In this document: positions 24,751 through 38,696 of the stretch, in pieces | How positions within the stretch are numbered: the stretch's first letter is position 1 | Layout of the letters: each line of letters begins with the position of its first letter | Assembly: GCA_951406725.2 (NCBI GenBank) | Contig: OX597835.1 | Coordinates: 23,932,001-23,996,000 of the forward strand | Origin: Octopus vulgaris | Taxonomy: Eukaryota | DNA: 64,000 nucleotides | Direction: 5' to 3' | Notes under the pieces: model-generated | The model's input: only the letters and a program-made list of their open reading frames with translations | The model's database searches: none | Told to the model about the DNA's origin: nothing | Made by a program: the position numbers and the translations under genes

Positions 24751-25465
24751 TAGTGGGGTCAAACTCAATCGACCAGGGAGGCCAAAACTCAAATCACACT
24801 TAAGGCTGTGGGCCAAACTGGATAGACATTCGTTATGGAGGGGAAAACTAAACCATTTTTAAACAATAATATGAATTAAAACAGACAAAAGTTAAAATAA
24901 TAGCAAATCAATGCATACCAATTTTTGCTCTTATGCAAATTTGTCAGAGCCAGATGTTTAGATGGATTCTCAGGATGGAATGCAGGTGTTCATCAGTAAG
25001 ACAACTCCTGTGCGAAGTTTTGTTAATCTTCATCACAGAGAATAGCTGCTCACACAGATATGTGTGACTAAACATGCTCAAGGTTCAAGCCATATGTAGA
25101 CGAAGGTGGGGCATCTATTCAGGAATGAAATGAGTGATCTATGCAGGCCTTACAGTGTCATACTTTGCCTTTAGTGTCCCATTACACTGCAGCTCTATGA
25201 GCTCCACCTGCAAATATACAGGTGCAGTTTCTACGTCGAAGGCAAATGGGTTGTAAAACAGCTCGAAATTACTTTTCTGTACTTCAAAGTCACCAAAACA
25301 TCTTGCGAACTTGGCACGAAGTGAGCTCAGTTTTTTGGCAAAGTGTGCATCTGGGAACACCATGGTGCTGACTTAGCTCAACATTGCTTTGCAACAAGGA
25401 AAGTGAGACAAGTTGCATGGGTGCATTTGTCTCCTATAAATGCAGCTTCACTTGAAATACCTTCA
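24751..25465 (-). pseudogene. hAT transposase relic (SPIN/Buster/GTF2IRD2-like), C-terminal dimerisation region plus element end
   Basis: KVFQVKLHL*, NLSHFPC, FELFYNPF..LQVELIELQC..LKAKY, TYLCEQLFSVMKINKTSHRSCLTDEHLHSILRI; stops and frameshifts. Confidence 0.9.
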
Positions 25466-25749
25466 CATTTCCACTTTTCATCTCACAAAACTTGGCCTTC
25501 CCTTCATTCTCATCACTTTCCCTCCTCCTTTACCTCACTCTATCTCTTTCCTTATTTTCTCTTTCTTGTCCCTCTCTAATTCTTCAATCCATCTACCCCC
25601 TACCTCTCTCCTCTACTTCCACATCACTGGTGTCCAGCCAAGCCTGACCTTTCTTTCTTGTGCTTACTCTGGCGTAACCTGCTCCTTTTTTAGAAAGTTT
25701 GACTCTACACAAGTAGGAAGAAGAAACAGCTGAAAGAGATGGAACTTTA

Positions 25750-25994
25750 CTCATATATACATATATATACATAAATATATATACATTTATACATACATAT
25801 ATACCTATATATATATATATATATATACATTTATACGCATACATTTATACCTATATATATATACATATATATATATATACATTTATACATACATATATAC
25901 CTATATATATATATACATATATATATACATTTATACACATACATTTATACCTATATATATATATATATATATATACATTTATACACATACATAC

Positions 25995-26026
<32 letters not shown>

Positions 26027-26041
26027 TTATACACATACATA

Positions 26042-26083
<42 letters not shown>

Positions 26084-26094
26084 ACACATACATA

Positions 26095-26129
<35 letters not shown>

Positions 26130-26192
26130 TTATACACATATATACCTATATATATATACATTTATACACATACATTTATACATACATATATA

Positions 26193-26227
<35 letters not shown>

Positions 26228-26320
26228 TTATACACATACATATATACCTATATATATACATATACCTATATATATACATTTATACACATACATATACATT
26301 TATACACATACATATATACC

Positions 26321-26351
<31 letters not shown>

Positions 26352-26378
26352 TTATACACATACATTTATACATATATA

Positions 26379-26421
<43 letters not shown>

Positions 26422-26472
26422 TTATACACATACATTTATACATACATACACATACATTTATACATACATATA

Positions 26473-26512
<40 letters not shown>

Positions 26513-26575
26513 TACATTTATACATATATATGCATACAAATACACACACACATACATACATACATATAAATATAT
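25750..26575. repeat. Compound (TA)n-based minisatellite (catttatacacatacatatatacc(ta)n units)
   Basis: Directly visible. Confidence 0.95.
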
Positions 26576-26639
26576 TACTACGATAGAATAGTATTATTTT
26601 CCAGCTATATGCACACCATAAAGATTGAATTATAAATAT

Positions 26640-26740
26640 GAAATAGTGGCACAAGGCACCAATGTTTGCTGGAAATAGCAGTTGATAAATGTACAATGCT
26701 ATTTCCAGCAAACATTGGTGCCTTGTTGTGCCACTATTTC
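26640..26740. repeat. Near-perfect 41-bp-arm hairpin
   Basis: Arms 26640-26680 and 26697-26740 are complementary apart from one 3-nt bulge. Confidence 0.92.
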
Positions 26741-26779
26741 CCATATATATATATATATATATATATTATCTATCTATTA

Positions 26780-27293
26780 TCTATATATATAAAACTGTAG
26801 TTGTGTGAGTGTCTGTCTCCTACGATTTAGATTCCTAACTCCTCCCACATTTTGCGGTGCAGTTTAACCAAAACCGGGTATATTATAGTCGTGATTCATA
26901 TCGAGCCCGTCTGAGTATTAGCGCGTCTACGATGAGTCTACGATTTAAAAATAATTTAACATCATTTTTTATTCCATTTTAATGCATAATTTTTCGTGTG
27001 TCGATGGCGGCGGAGTTGGCGTCCACGCTCAAACACCTGCACCTGTGTTTGCTTCTCCCCCTTCTTCCCTCCCTTGTGAAGCTGTGGGGAAGGGAGTTTA
27101 AGGAAATCAACGTCATAATGCGTTGTCAAGGAGACCAGCGTTCTTTTAGAACAACGACTTCATGGCTTGAAGACACCAAAACAGAAATGGCTAAGAAAGC
27201 CCGAATTGGCATCTATAAAGGAAGTAACTCTCTAAAAATGCTTATATAGTTATTTCCCTTACAAACCCGAGCAACGCCAGGCGATACTGCTAG
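26780..27293 (+). mobile_element. Non-autonomous Helitron
   Basis: A|TC start, imperfect subterminal GC hairpin (cccgagcaacgccaggcg), CTAG|T end, no TSD. Confidence 0.85.
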
Positions 27294-27978
27294 TATATAT
27301 ATATATGCATGTACATATGTAATCATGTATGTATGTGATGTACGTATGTATGCATGCATGTACGTATGTATGCATGTACGTACGTATGTATGCCTGTACG
27401 TATGTATGTATGTGATGCATGTATGTATATGTCTAATTTGCACCAGTCTCTGCTGCTCTTCCGTCTTATATTTATACAACTGATTAACATTATCCCATTA
27501 CAGTCTGAAAAGTTCGCAGTTTTAATGAATCTGAAGTAAAATCGCTGTCGCCTTTTAAAATAATAATCATTTAATTACTCCATGTACCGAGCTCTTTATT
27601 TAGTTAACACTGCTAGCATGTACTTTTAATTACACACACACACACACACACACATGTGCACAACTGTGTATGTTTTACATCCAATTCTTTGATTTAAGTA
27701 GGATGGTTTATTTGATGAACCAATTGTGTTGACAGCTGAATCTCTTAGAGGGTCCCTTTTCTTATTATTGGCCATTGAAATAGGGCAATTAAAACAAATG
27801 TAGGGAGTGGTAGAGACTAATGTTCCATAGTATGTTTTGTCTTTTGTTTGTTGTTGTTGTTGGCCATTAAAGTAGATTGGACAATGAAGAATGAAGTGAT
27901 TTGTTGATCTATACTCATCACTGTATGGTCAGTTGTCCAGCAACTTAACCTCAGTCATACCCCATACACACACACACA

Positions 27979-28009
<31 letters not shown>

Positions 28010-30075
28010 CAATGATTGTAGGTCCTTTTCCCATACTAGCATGGATTGTATGACACTTTATCAGGCCTTGTGTTACAGTCAGATTCCCTTCATAAAACTC
28101 AACTCTTTTAGGTGCCTCGTCCTGCTCACAGGACCATACTGTACCTTGTTTAGCCTTTGTGATACGAACTCCCCTGAGACCCCTCTGCCAGATACTTTTA
28201 TAGAAACTTCATATTTTAAAGTGATCTAAATTTAAAAATTCCATTGAAATTTTCACTCTAATTCATATCCCAAACACTAGCTTAACGACAAAAGTTAGTT
28301 CACTAAATTCCCTATTATTTTTTAAGATAATTGCAACAAAACCGAAGTATAGACATGCAGAGTGTCTCAATCTGCCTCAATCAACTCCATTCAACCTAAA
28401 CAATCATGGAACAATGGGCTTCAAAATGATAATGATGCATGTGTATCACACACACAAGCTGTATTATTTGTTAAGTACTTCGTTATAATTTATAATTGTG
28501 GTAATGTATTTAAGTTTAATGATTTGTTATTGATTAAGCTTTTAATTACAATGGATATGTTTTTGATTCTTATACATCAACTGTCTGTCTGTGTATAATA
28601 TATATACATATATAAAACAATTAATTGGTTGTTATAATAAAACTCAGAGTTTTGGATACCGGGACTAAAGTCTGCTCCAGCATTTCATCAGTTATGACAA
28701 CTAATTGTCACATATATTTATAGATAAATTCATCTATTTTACATAATGTAGAGGTCTCATTCATTCTTTTGTTGTCATTATTATTATTATTATTATTATT
28801 ATTAATATATATATATATAGCTTGAGAGAGAGAGAGAGAAATGGAACTGAAAGAGAGAAAGAAATCTACATAGGACTTAGAAATGATTAACAGAAAAGGA
28901 CAATGAAACATGTAAAATGCTCTCATCAGCCATGAAGTCCAGAATCAGCATAGTTTCAGTGCATTTAAAGTCCAAAAATTTTTAATGCATGGGACTACTT
29001 CTCTGATTATGTCCATAAGAGTAAGTATCACTGAAAAGGGTATCTGCTAAAAGAAAAAAAAAAAAAAAAAGTACAACAATAAGCAAATGAGAGAGGAAAC
29101 TATGGATACAGTTCAATATTAAGAGGAACCTCAGTTTACACATGCCTCTTGTCATGAACAAATCAGTTTATGAAAAATTTTTCAAACATAGAACGTCTCG
29201 GATGACAAATGGTGTTTTCAGTAAGAAACATGCAAGCTGGCAACAACAGTTGGTGACAAGCTGTGAGTATCAGCAGGAGAGTGTCAGTTGCTGTCTAATG
29301 TTTGCTCAGTACACACCTTTGCTCAAATTCACTGTGCCTCCTCTTGAGTTTTTTATGGGTAAAAATAGTTTCGCTTTATGAACCTTTCAGGTAAAGTATG
29401 ACTTTCAGGAATGAATTAAATTTGTAAACCGAGGTGCTACTAAAACAAAACCACCAACTCTGTGGGGGTTTGTGTGAAAGAAAAAAAAACTTTTACATCT
29501 TATATTTTAAATCAGAAAATAAGAGATAGGAGTTGAAGGATGTCGCACCATAGTGATGGTCATGATAGAAAAGACAGAATGAAAGAAATTTTGAGATTGG
29601 TCCTGCAGTAGCAGCAACAGCCAAGTACAAAAGAGGAAGATAGTGAAAATATGAGACGGACAGAGAAGAAGAAGAAGAAGTATGAAAGAGCAATAAAACA
29701 AGGGAGAGGAAGAATAAGTGACAGTGAGGAGAGAGAGAGAGAGAGTGGGTTGGGGGACAGAAAAAAAATGGTTATGGCAAGAGAGAAGAGACATCTATAA
29801 ATGAGTAATAGGATATTGTAGGAACTAGAAATCTAGGAGTGAAACTAAAATGGGACAAGGATGTGATGTATGGGAAAGGACAATTGAATGTAGAACAAAT
29901 CTTGACAGTCATGGAAAACCAGAATCAGCAATAATTTTGGTGCTTTTAAATTCCAAAGATTTTCAATTCCAAGATACTACTCTTTTAGTTGCACCAGTAG
30001 CACACACACACACACACACAGGTTGCTTTATATCAGACAAATGACAGAGGAGTGCTCAGTAGATGTAGATGATAT

Positions 30076-30472
30076 TACTCTTTACTCTTTTACATGTTTC
30101 GGTCATTTGACTGCGGCCATGCTGGAGCACCGCCTTTAGTCGAGCAAATCGACCCCGGGACTTATTCTTTGTAAGCCCAGTACTTATTCTATTGGTCTCT
30201 TTTGCTGAACCACTAAGTGACGGGGATGTAAACACACAAGCATCAGTTGTCAAGCAATGCTAGGGGTACAAACACAGACACACAAACACATACATATACA
30301 TATATATACGACAGGCTTCTTTCAGTTTCCGTCTACCAAATCCACTCACAAGGCATTGGTCGGCCCGGGGCTATAGCAGAAGACACTTGCCCAAGATGCC
30401 ATGCAGTGGGACTGAACCTGGAACCATGTGGTTGGTTAGCAAGCTACTTACCACACAGCCACTCCTGTGCCT
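30076..30472 (-). mobile_element. SINE family A, full length
   Basis: Near-identical to the other young A copies. Confidence 0.92.
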
Positions 30473-31171
30473 ATGCTTTTTTTTTTTTTACTGAAACCAA
30501 GAGTTTGTCTCACAACTTCAGTTTCATGCCACTGCAACCTTATTTTGATGAATGTCAGGGCTGACCTAGGGATAAACTACTACTACTACTACCACCACCA
30601 CCACCACCACCACCACCACCACTACTACTACTACTACGTATTAAATTTTTTTTTTTTTAATCAGTAAAATAATGGTTTTGGGGGTAGGGAAAAAGGTTTT
30701 TAAATGACAGAATTCTCCATTTCTCATGACAAATGATAAATCATTTCATTAAAACTTTATTCGATTGACCAAAATAATGAGGGACACTATATGGTTATAC
30801 AACCTACAAGAAATAACACCCAAACTTCCCTCAACTGATACCCCTTTATCTAAAAAAAAGTAGAGGGCCACATTGAATAATACAAACTTAAACTATGTCA
30901 GGAAAAAAAAAAACAAGGGGGACAGTCATGGTTGGAACTTTGAACTAAAAAACAGCTCCATCATGCATAAACTGCCGTTAATTTCATTGAGTTCTTTTAT
31001 GTTCAGGTTCACCCGAAACTCCATCTTTTTAGCGTTCCACCTTCAGTTGTTCTTGGCTTCTGATTTTCATTTCAAATGTTATTACTATTGTTTCATTTAT
31101 TCTAATATTCTCCAGGAAAGCAAGAATTACAGAATTCTCTTCAAATATATTGCATATTATCCAATGTCTTT

Positions 31172-31880
31172 TATACACACACACACAAACATACATACAT
31201 ATAGATATACATACAAATACACACACTCACACATATGTACATATGGATATACATACAAATATACATATATATACACACACACACATATATACACACATTT
31301 ATATATACATATATATACACACATATTTACACATACATACATATACACATACATACATGCATATATACACATACATACACGCACATATACACATACATGC
31401 ATATATACACATGTACACGCATATATACACATATGTACACGCATATATACACATGTACACGCATATATACACATGTACACGCATATATATACACATACGT
31501 ACATGCATATATACACATACGTACACGCATATATACACATACGTACACGCATATATACACATATGTACACGCATATATACACATACATACATGCATATAT
31601 ACACATACATATACACATATATACACATACATACATGCATATATACACATACATACATGCATATATACACATACATATACACATATATACACATACATAT
31701 ACACATATATACACATACATATACACATATATACACATACATACATATATACACATACATATACACATACATACATACACACACATACATACAGACATAT
31801 ATACTCATACACACCCATACATAGACATATATACTCATACACACATATATATATACACATGTACACATCCACACACACCT
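31172..31880. repeat. (CA)/(TA) compound micro/minisatellite
   Basis: Directly visible; includes catatatacacatgtacacg units. Confidence 0.95.
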
Positions 31881-32859
31881 CAAAAGTAAATAGACACTCC
31901 ACATTACACGGTTTTATTTTTGTGGACATTACCTGGTGCTCCAGACTTGCCTCCTTTCAGATTACAGTATAATTAATTGTTTATAGCAGTTAGCCATTCT
32001 GCAAACATCAGAAGCCAAAGAGTTGCCTGATTCTCAAAGAGGGTGTAATGTGGGTGAATCTGAGGGTAGACTCAGCCAGCATATGACTGCACCAAGCCTT
32101 GGGATTCCTCTCTGGTCATTGCAGTCAACAGAGTGATTGTACAATTCACCAGCAAAGGAGAGGAATCTACTGCATCCCACTCCGGCTGGGTGATGCCTTC
32201 AGGCTGTCGAGGGGACTGCAGTCATTGAAAACAATGGTGACCACACTTTTGATTAAAACTATTCAGATAAACATAGTTTACATTCGTTTTTATAGCTTTT
32301 CTGGTAAAATGCAATTACTTTCCAAACACCCTAATACTTATATGCACTCTGTTAGCTGGTATTTTCAAAACCCTTGATTGGGGTTAACCAGCTTGGATTC
32401 ATTAATCCTCTCTTATCTGACACACAAACATACACCATGAATTCCCATTTGTATCTATCATCAGAGGTGCATTAGGTTATGTACCAAAAAATTTGCACAA
32501 AGACCTTGAAATACTCAGTTTCTTGGAAAAAACAGCAAAAGAAACTGATGTAGATTCTTCAAATTCAATCTATCAATAGCACAGTGAAGATTTGCAAGAC
32601 ATTCCAAAGGTTTTCCATCTGAGATTCTTATATGAATAGATGCACACACGTGGATGTAGGCGTCGGCAGTTCAACCAATGTACGAACTCAACAACATATT
32701 TACAAACACCAGGAACCCTCTTAACTTAACAAAGTTTTGTTGCTTTGTTAGCAACTGCCTTGAACAATTTCAAGAAGAACTTAAATTCAAAGAAAAATCC
32801 TACAGACAGACATATTACAAACATACATACATATCCATCCATTGATCCATCTATCTATA

Positions 32860-33100
32860 GTTAAAATTTAGAGGAAAACAAAAGACAAAGATAGGTGTCA
32901 TCATCATCATCGTTTAGCGTCCGTTTTCCATGCTAGCATGGGTTGGACGGTTCTACTGGGGTCTGTGAAGCCAGGTGTATGAACAACAAGCAGGTGCATT
33001 AGTTTAATGCTTGGGAAAGTGAGAAAGTCTTTTACGTTTTGAGCCTACGCTCTTCAACAGAAAGGAATAAAAGAAAATAAACAGAGAGAAAATAAAAATA
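32860..33100 (-). mobile_element. Penelope-like fragment with hammerhead-like motif (33029-33064), interrupted by a repeat-F tail (32898-32972)
   Basis: Minus: cttt CTGTTGA A GAGC gtag GCTC AAAAC GTA aaag. Confidence 0.55.
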
Positions 33101-33128
33101 CTTGCATATATACATAAATATATATATA

Positions 33129-33352
33129 CTAGCACTATGACCCGGCAACGGGATAGAAAATTCACAAAAAAGTCACTTCTATTGATTTTTTTAATGGCTT
33201 TGCAGGGGTGACTGGGCAAATGTAAAGATGTGACGACCACCCTTGGATGGTTTTGAATGACCATAGAAAGTGTGAGCCCTCTAACTGAAAAATTGTGGAT
33301 TTGTATAAAGGACACACGTGCAGACATTTTGCCATTTATATATATAGAGAGA
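33129..33352 (-). mobile_element. Non-autonomous Helitron (internally deleted sister of 51974-52323)
   Basis: Minus strand starts TC; ends cccgttgccgggtcatagtgCTAG. Confidence 0.85.
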
Positions 33353-33815
33353 TATATAATGCACAGATACACAGGTTTGGGTGAAGAAATAGAAAAACTA
33401 TTCAATGCATGTATCGATATCTGTTTGTTTGTTCCAAGCTGGTAACTCCAACGTTTCTACTCAGTTTTTCCCCTGATTAGAAACTCAATACCCATGGACT
33501 GAAGTATCAGCTTTGACCGGATATTGTGTCTGTGTGTCGGGGTGGGGGTGGGGGATGAGAAAGAAAAAGAAATAGAGAAGGTGCAAATGTGCGTGATGGA
33601 GCAAGATCCTTTTAAAGCTGGGAGCTCTTTATTACAATAAAAACAGGTGTGTCACCTGTGCTGTGTGTCATATATCGCACACATATATAAACACTCATAT
33701 TTGCATACTCATACACAGTTGTATTACAAATATATAGATTTATGTATACACATATACACACAGTGTGTGTCTGTGTGTGTGGGGGCGTTTAAGTGTTTCA
33801 GAACTATAGTTTTAA

Positions 33816-34072
33816 AAGGCGTGTGGATTGGTGGTTAGATTACTTGGTTCATGATCGTAAGGTTGCGAGTTCGATCTCAGCTGCCAAAAATGAGTAATAC
33901 TTGTATTTCAAAGAGCCAGCCTTGTCCCAATGTGTCATACTTAATCTCTTTGAGTACTACGTTAAGGGTACGCGCGTCTGTGGAGTACTCGGCCACTTGC
34001 ATGTTAATTTCATGAGCAGGCTGTTTCGTTGATCAGATCAACTGGAACACTCGTCGTCGAAAGTGACGGAGA
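33816..34072 (+). mobile_element. SINE with D-type head and C-type tail
   Basis: catgatcgtaag..cagctgccaaaaatgagtaa (D) joined to gtatttcaaagagcc..gacggag (C); partial duplicate at 34292-34355. Confidence 0.75.
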
Positions 34073-34227
34073 CCCAGAAAGTTTTAACAGCACCACACTA
34101 ACTGCATTTGGCGATTACGTTAAGGCTTCCATTGACAAAAATCCAGTCACTTACGCGCTCTGATCGGGTAACACGAATTAGTTTCCAATGCAAAATGAGT
34201 ACTTTCTACAAAAGTATTCCTAAAAGC

Positions 34228-34292
34228 TGGGGATCCCAGCCCCTTTTTTTTTGCATCATGGACCGGTTTCGTGTAAAACAACTTTTCCGCGG
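34228..34292 (+). mobile_element. hAT MITE end resembling MER1/Charlie3
   Basis: ctgggatcccagccc..catggaccggtttcgtgtaaaacaacttttcc resembles the recalled MER1 5' end. Confidence 0.55.
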
Positions 34293-35922
34293 TTAAGGGT
34301 ACGCGCGTCTGTGGAGTACTCAGCCACTTGCATGTTAATTTCATGAGCAGGCTGTGAACACCACCCTGTACTTAACTCCATGTCCCCCTACATGGCCTTG
34401 CTATTTGCTTTTGAGCCAAAAATTAACTAACTAACTAATATATCAAAACACAATAAAGCGCATAATATATAATTTAATAATTACATATTTAATGCAAAAA
34501 TACTCTGAGAGGCAATAGTCAATAAAACGAAAATAAAATTTGAAAAATTAAAAGCTTTATTGTTTCTATGCTGCCTGGTAACAATTAATAATACGAATCG
34601 ATAGTTGGCGACAAGCTGCCTTAAGGGACGCTCAAAGTAATAATTAGATAGTGCGCGGCTATCTGAATAAGACGAGCAGAGTAACGTACCTTGTCTACGG
34701 GTACATAACTCTAGTTGTCTTTAAAAAGGCTGGTTAAAAATACGGCCCTTGAGGGAAAAACCTTACAACGTGATCTCGAAATAAATTCACAAATTTGAAT
34801 TAGAGTTTATTCAAATTTACAAACTCTTGTTAATGTATAAAGCAGATGAATTCTGTTACGAATGGAAGACTAACAGACCAGTTTAGTAAAACATACTACA
34901 TTACCAGTACTTAAATATTTTATATCAGGTGTGGCTAAGAACATCATCGATGGTTATAGCTTTTGAAAGAGCTAACCACTGGTTTATTGAATTTACAATG
35001 GTAAAGGTGATGAAGAAGGATCTGTGCAGCAGCTTTGGCGGGACAGATACTATACTGTGTATTTTTAAACGAAAGCACCGTTTTTTCTGTAATTTTCTAG
35101 CCGATGCCCACATCTTTCGTGAAAAGATGTACACGCATACATGTGTGTGTATGTATGTGTTGAATATATTCAGACTAAACATTCATTCAAGGTGTCACGC
35201 AGTGGGACTGAACTCAGAACCATGTGGTTGGGAAGCAAACTTCTTACAACACATCCATCATTATCACCATCATCGTCGTCGTTTAACGTACGCCTCCCAT
35301 GCTGTCATGGGTTGGACGGTTTGACAAGAGCTGGCTAGATAGAGGACTACATCAGGTTAATGTGTCTGTTTTTGTACGGATTTTATAGCTGGATGCCCTT
35401 CCTAACACCAACCACTCCACAGAGTGGAATGAGTGCTTTTTACGTGGCACCAGCTCAGTTTTAACATGGCTTTTACAGCTTGATGCCCTTCCAAATGCCA
35501 ACCACCATACAGTGAAAAATATTGGGCAGCACATTTCATCTTTTTGTTTGCGCTAAAATTATGCATTACAAGAATGTATTAAGAAATTTCAAATGAACTA
35601 TAGCTTTTCAACCATGACCAATGTTAATCCTCAATCCAACCCTAATTATATCCCTTAATCCCAAGCCCTAATTGAACCCTAAATCCTTACCAATAAAAAT
35701 ATATATTATATCTTGAATTTCATTGAAGATCACTGCATAAGTATTAGCACACGAGTAAAGGACCAAAATCAGTAGGACTGTCAAGTTGTTACTGGAAATG
35801 GCTTCTATTTATGTGTGGCTGTGTGGTAAGAAGTTTGCTTCTCAACCACATGGTTCTGGGTTCAGTCTTATTGCATGGCATCCTGGGGAAGTGTATTCAG
35901 CTACACTTATGCTATCCAAAGT

Positions 35923-36175
35923 GGAGGCACGTGGCTTAGTGGTTAGGCTGTTGTACTAATGATTATAAGATTGTGGTTTCGATTCCTGGACTGAGCAACA
36001 CATCAAGTTCTTGAGCAAAACACTTCATTTCACATTGCTCCAGTTCACTTAGCTGGCAAGAAGTGAGTAATCCTGCAATGGACTGGCGTCCTATCCAGGT
36101 GGAGAATTTATACGCCATGAAACTGGGAAACCAACCCTATGAGTCAGTGTGACTTGAAAAGGTAACTTTACCTTT
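35923..36175 (+). mobile_element. SINE family D, full length
   Basis: Homologous to 14505-14751. Confidence 0.88.
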
Positions 36176-36194
36176 ATCTATTCGGCTAAGACAT

Positions 36195-36475
36195 GAGACT
36201 GCAGCATTGCAGATTGTGAAGAGGTAGCAAGAGAGCTCAAATGAGCCAATGGTGCTTCTTACATTGATGCTGAGTGGAGGTATCTTCAAAACCAATAGTC
36301 AGGATCATCAAAACTCTATCAAAGGGAGTAACTGTAATGCATCCTTAGGGACCGCATCCATGGTTGTGTAATGAACTAAAGAAAGATTCATTATGAACCA
36401 AGCTCCCAATTCAAATTCATACCTGACAGAATTCTTGCAACAGATTCACAGGAATCCATGATTGCAGTGCAAGTG
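36195..36475. repeat. Unclassified ~260-bp repeat, dispersed copy of the 42.9-kb tandem unit
   Basis: gattgtgaagagg..gagccaatggtgcttcttacattgatg..aagctcccaattcaaattc. Confidence 0.85.
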
Positions 36476-36819
36476 AATATATCTAACCTTACTTTAGAAC
36501 AATTCTTTATATTAGCCCAAGATTATAACTTTATAAGGAAAGACGATAAGCTAGGTGAGTATAATCGGTCAAATTGACATCATTAGTTGATTAATTCTCA
36601 GAAACAAGTAAACAGACAAACTCACCATTCCATGCTTGCATAGGTTGGGTAGAGTTTACTGAGGCAGTAAACTCTATCCAACAGCCAGATGATCTTGCTA
36701 ATGCACAAGGTAATATTTTCCCATGACCAGACATGTTTCTTGCAGAATATTGGGAAAGAAATGATATTTATTTACAACAATCATGCAGTGTCAAGACAAG
36801 GAGACACACACACACACAC

Positions 36820-36972
36820 AATATGCTTCTTTCAGTTTCTGCCTACCAAATCCACTTGCTACAAGGTTTTGGTCAACCCAGAGCTGTAATAGAAGATACT
36901 TGCCCAAGATGCCATGCAGTGGGATTGAACCCAAAACCATGTGGTTGGAAAGCAAACTTCTTAACCAAACAA
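36820..36972 (-). mobile_element. SINE A 5' half
   Basis: Match to the A head. Confidence 0.8.
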
Positions 36973-37217
36973 CCCTTTTCTGTACCTAATCATAATTTCT
37001 TCCCACTTCAAAGCAACAAAATTTTCAAGCAAGGAAGCCATAAATGATAATGTCCCTTAATAAAACTAGATTACAGCACATCGTTGTATGAGCAGTAAGA
37101 GTGAGCAGAGACCTTCATGAGGAAGTGTGCCAAGTGACATTTCCTGTTTTTACTTCTAAATTCTTTGTTCAGGGCAAAGCACATAGCATCAAGAATGGCT
37201 ATGAACTGGCTGGCTGG

Positions 37218-37274
<57 letters not shown>

Positions 37275-37279
<5 letters not shown>

Positions 37280-37400
37280 AGAGACCCAAGAAGACATGGG
37301 ATGGTGAAGATTAATCTCAGGATTCTGGCCTCATGGAGGAGAAACAATAGACCAAGATGTCTGGCAATATGGGAGGGGGGTCTTGAGAAGACCTGCTCAC
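37275..37400 (+). pseudogene. RTE ORF2 C-terminal remnant
   Basis: Decayed R.RP.KTW..VK..LR.LGL...D.D.W....LEKT motif; sister at 57170-57325 (-). Confidence 0.5.
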
Positions 37401-38029
37401 TTCAGTGAAACTGAGTTCTAGAAGTGCTGTGGGTTCCACCCATATGTAACAACAATAAAAATTTTCCCCACACCCTACCCCAACAAACCAATCCACATCT
37501 CTCCTCTCCTCACATTTCCTCTTTACATGCACTATGCTTATCTCTTGCTCTCCAATCCTGTCCTCACTGTCCCCTGTATCATTGCTATCCTGTTGTCCCT
37601 GACCCCCTCTATATACCCAGATTCACCAGTCACAGTATTCCCCACCCCCACAACTCTTTGCATTCATATGAAGTCCCTATTCATGCACTTTTAGCAACAC
37701 TCTACCATTCATATTCTGACCTCCATACCTTGAAGGTATGCCCTGACACTTTGTCACCCTCCATCACTCCCTTACTCTACCATCCCATTTATATTCTGAT
37801 ACCTGTTCCTTGTGAGTATGCCCTGGCACTTCATCACCATCTTTCCTGCTCTCTCTTGCATTCTCACTCTCTTCCATAATCTTTCTCTCTCTCTTTCTGA
37901 CCAGGTAACCATGTATGTCTTCTACAGCAAGACACCTGTTTCTGTCTCTCTGTCACACACTAACCTTTCATCATCTGGCACAAGATCACCTCGACCAATG
38001 CCCCCTCCCCTCCCAAGGGATCTTTGCCT

Positions 38030-38345
38030 TGTAAATTACTTGGTGACCTTACCAGTGCTGGTGCCACATAAAAAGCATTCAGTCCACACTGTAGCATGGT
38101 TGGCATTTGGAAGGGCATCCAGCTGTAAAAACCATGCCAAAAACTGACCTCTCCTCTGCTGATATCACCTTAAAAGCCTCCAGTCCACTCAGTGGAGTGG
38201 TTGGTGTTAGGAAGGGCATCCAGCCATAAAAACCCTACCAAAATAGACACTGAAGCCTGGTGCAGTTTTCTGCCTAGCCAGCACCTGTCAAACCATCCAA
38301 CCCATGCCAGCACGGAGAGTGGACGTTAAATGATGACGACAATGA
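38030..38345 (+). mobile_element. Repeat F with duplicated core
   Basis: gaagggcatccagc occurs twice; ends ggacgttaaatgatgac. Confidence 0.75.
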
Positions 38346-38367
38346 TTTTATATATATATATATATAT

Positions 38368-38490
38368 AAAGTTAATCCAAACATGAAAACACCAAGAGAA
38401 AGCACAACAACGCGAGGACGTGGAACAAATATAGTATTATTGGACGCTCAAGAAGGAAAGGAAGAAGGAGGGTTTTACGTTTTGAGCTGT
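38368..38490 (-). mobile_element. Penelope-like fragment (same family as 43850-44060), truncated inside the hammerhead
   Basis: aacaacgcgaggacgtggaacaaatatagtattattggacgctca is identical to 43.9 kb. Confidence 0.7.
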
Positions 38491-38646
38491 TCTTTCTAGC
38501 ATGCAAGGAATCCTATAACGGATACCTATTATGAGTTTAAATGTACACTGTATTTTTATGAATAATATATAGTCTATTGACAATTTTTTTTACATGCTAG
38601 GCCACTGTTAGTAAAAATTCCTAAAATTTTTTATTACCCTGACAGA

Positions 38647-38683
<37 letters not shown>

Positions 38684-38696
38684 CGTGCGTGTGTGT

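Noticed and set aside
29142-29381. 79-aa ORF MPLVMNKSVY..
   Set aside because: No recognisable motif or supporting splice structure
34085-35130. CpG-containing stretches as exons
   Set aside because: No open frame with splice signals; interleaved with hAT/SINE pieces and likely decayed DNA transposon
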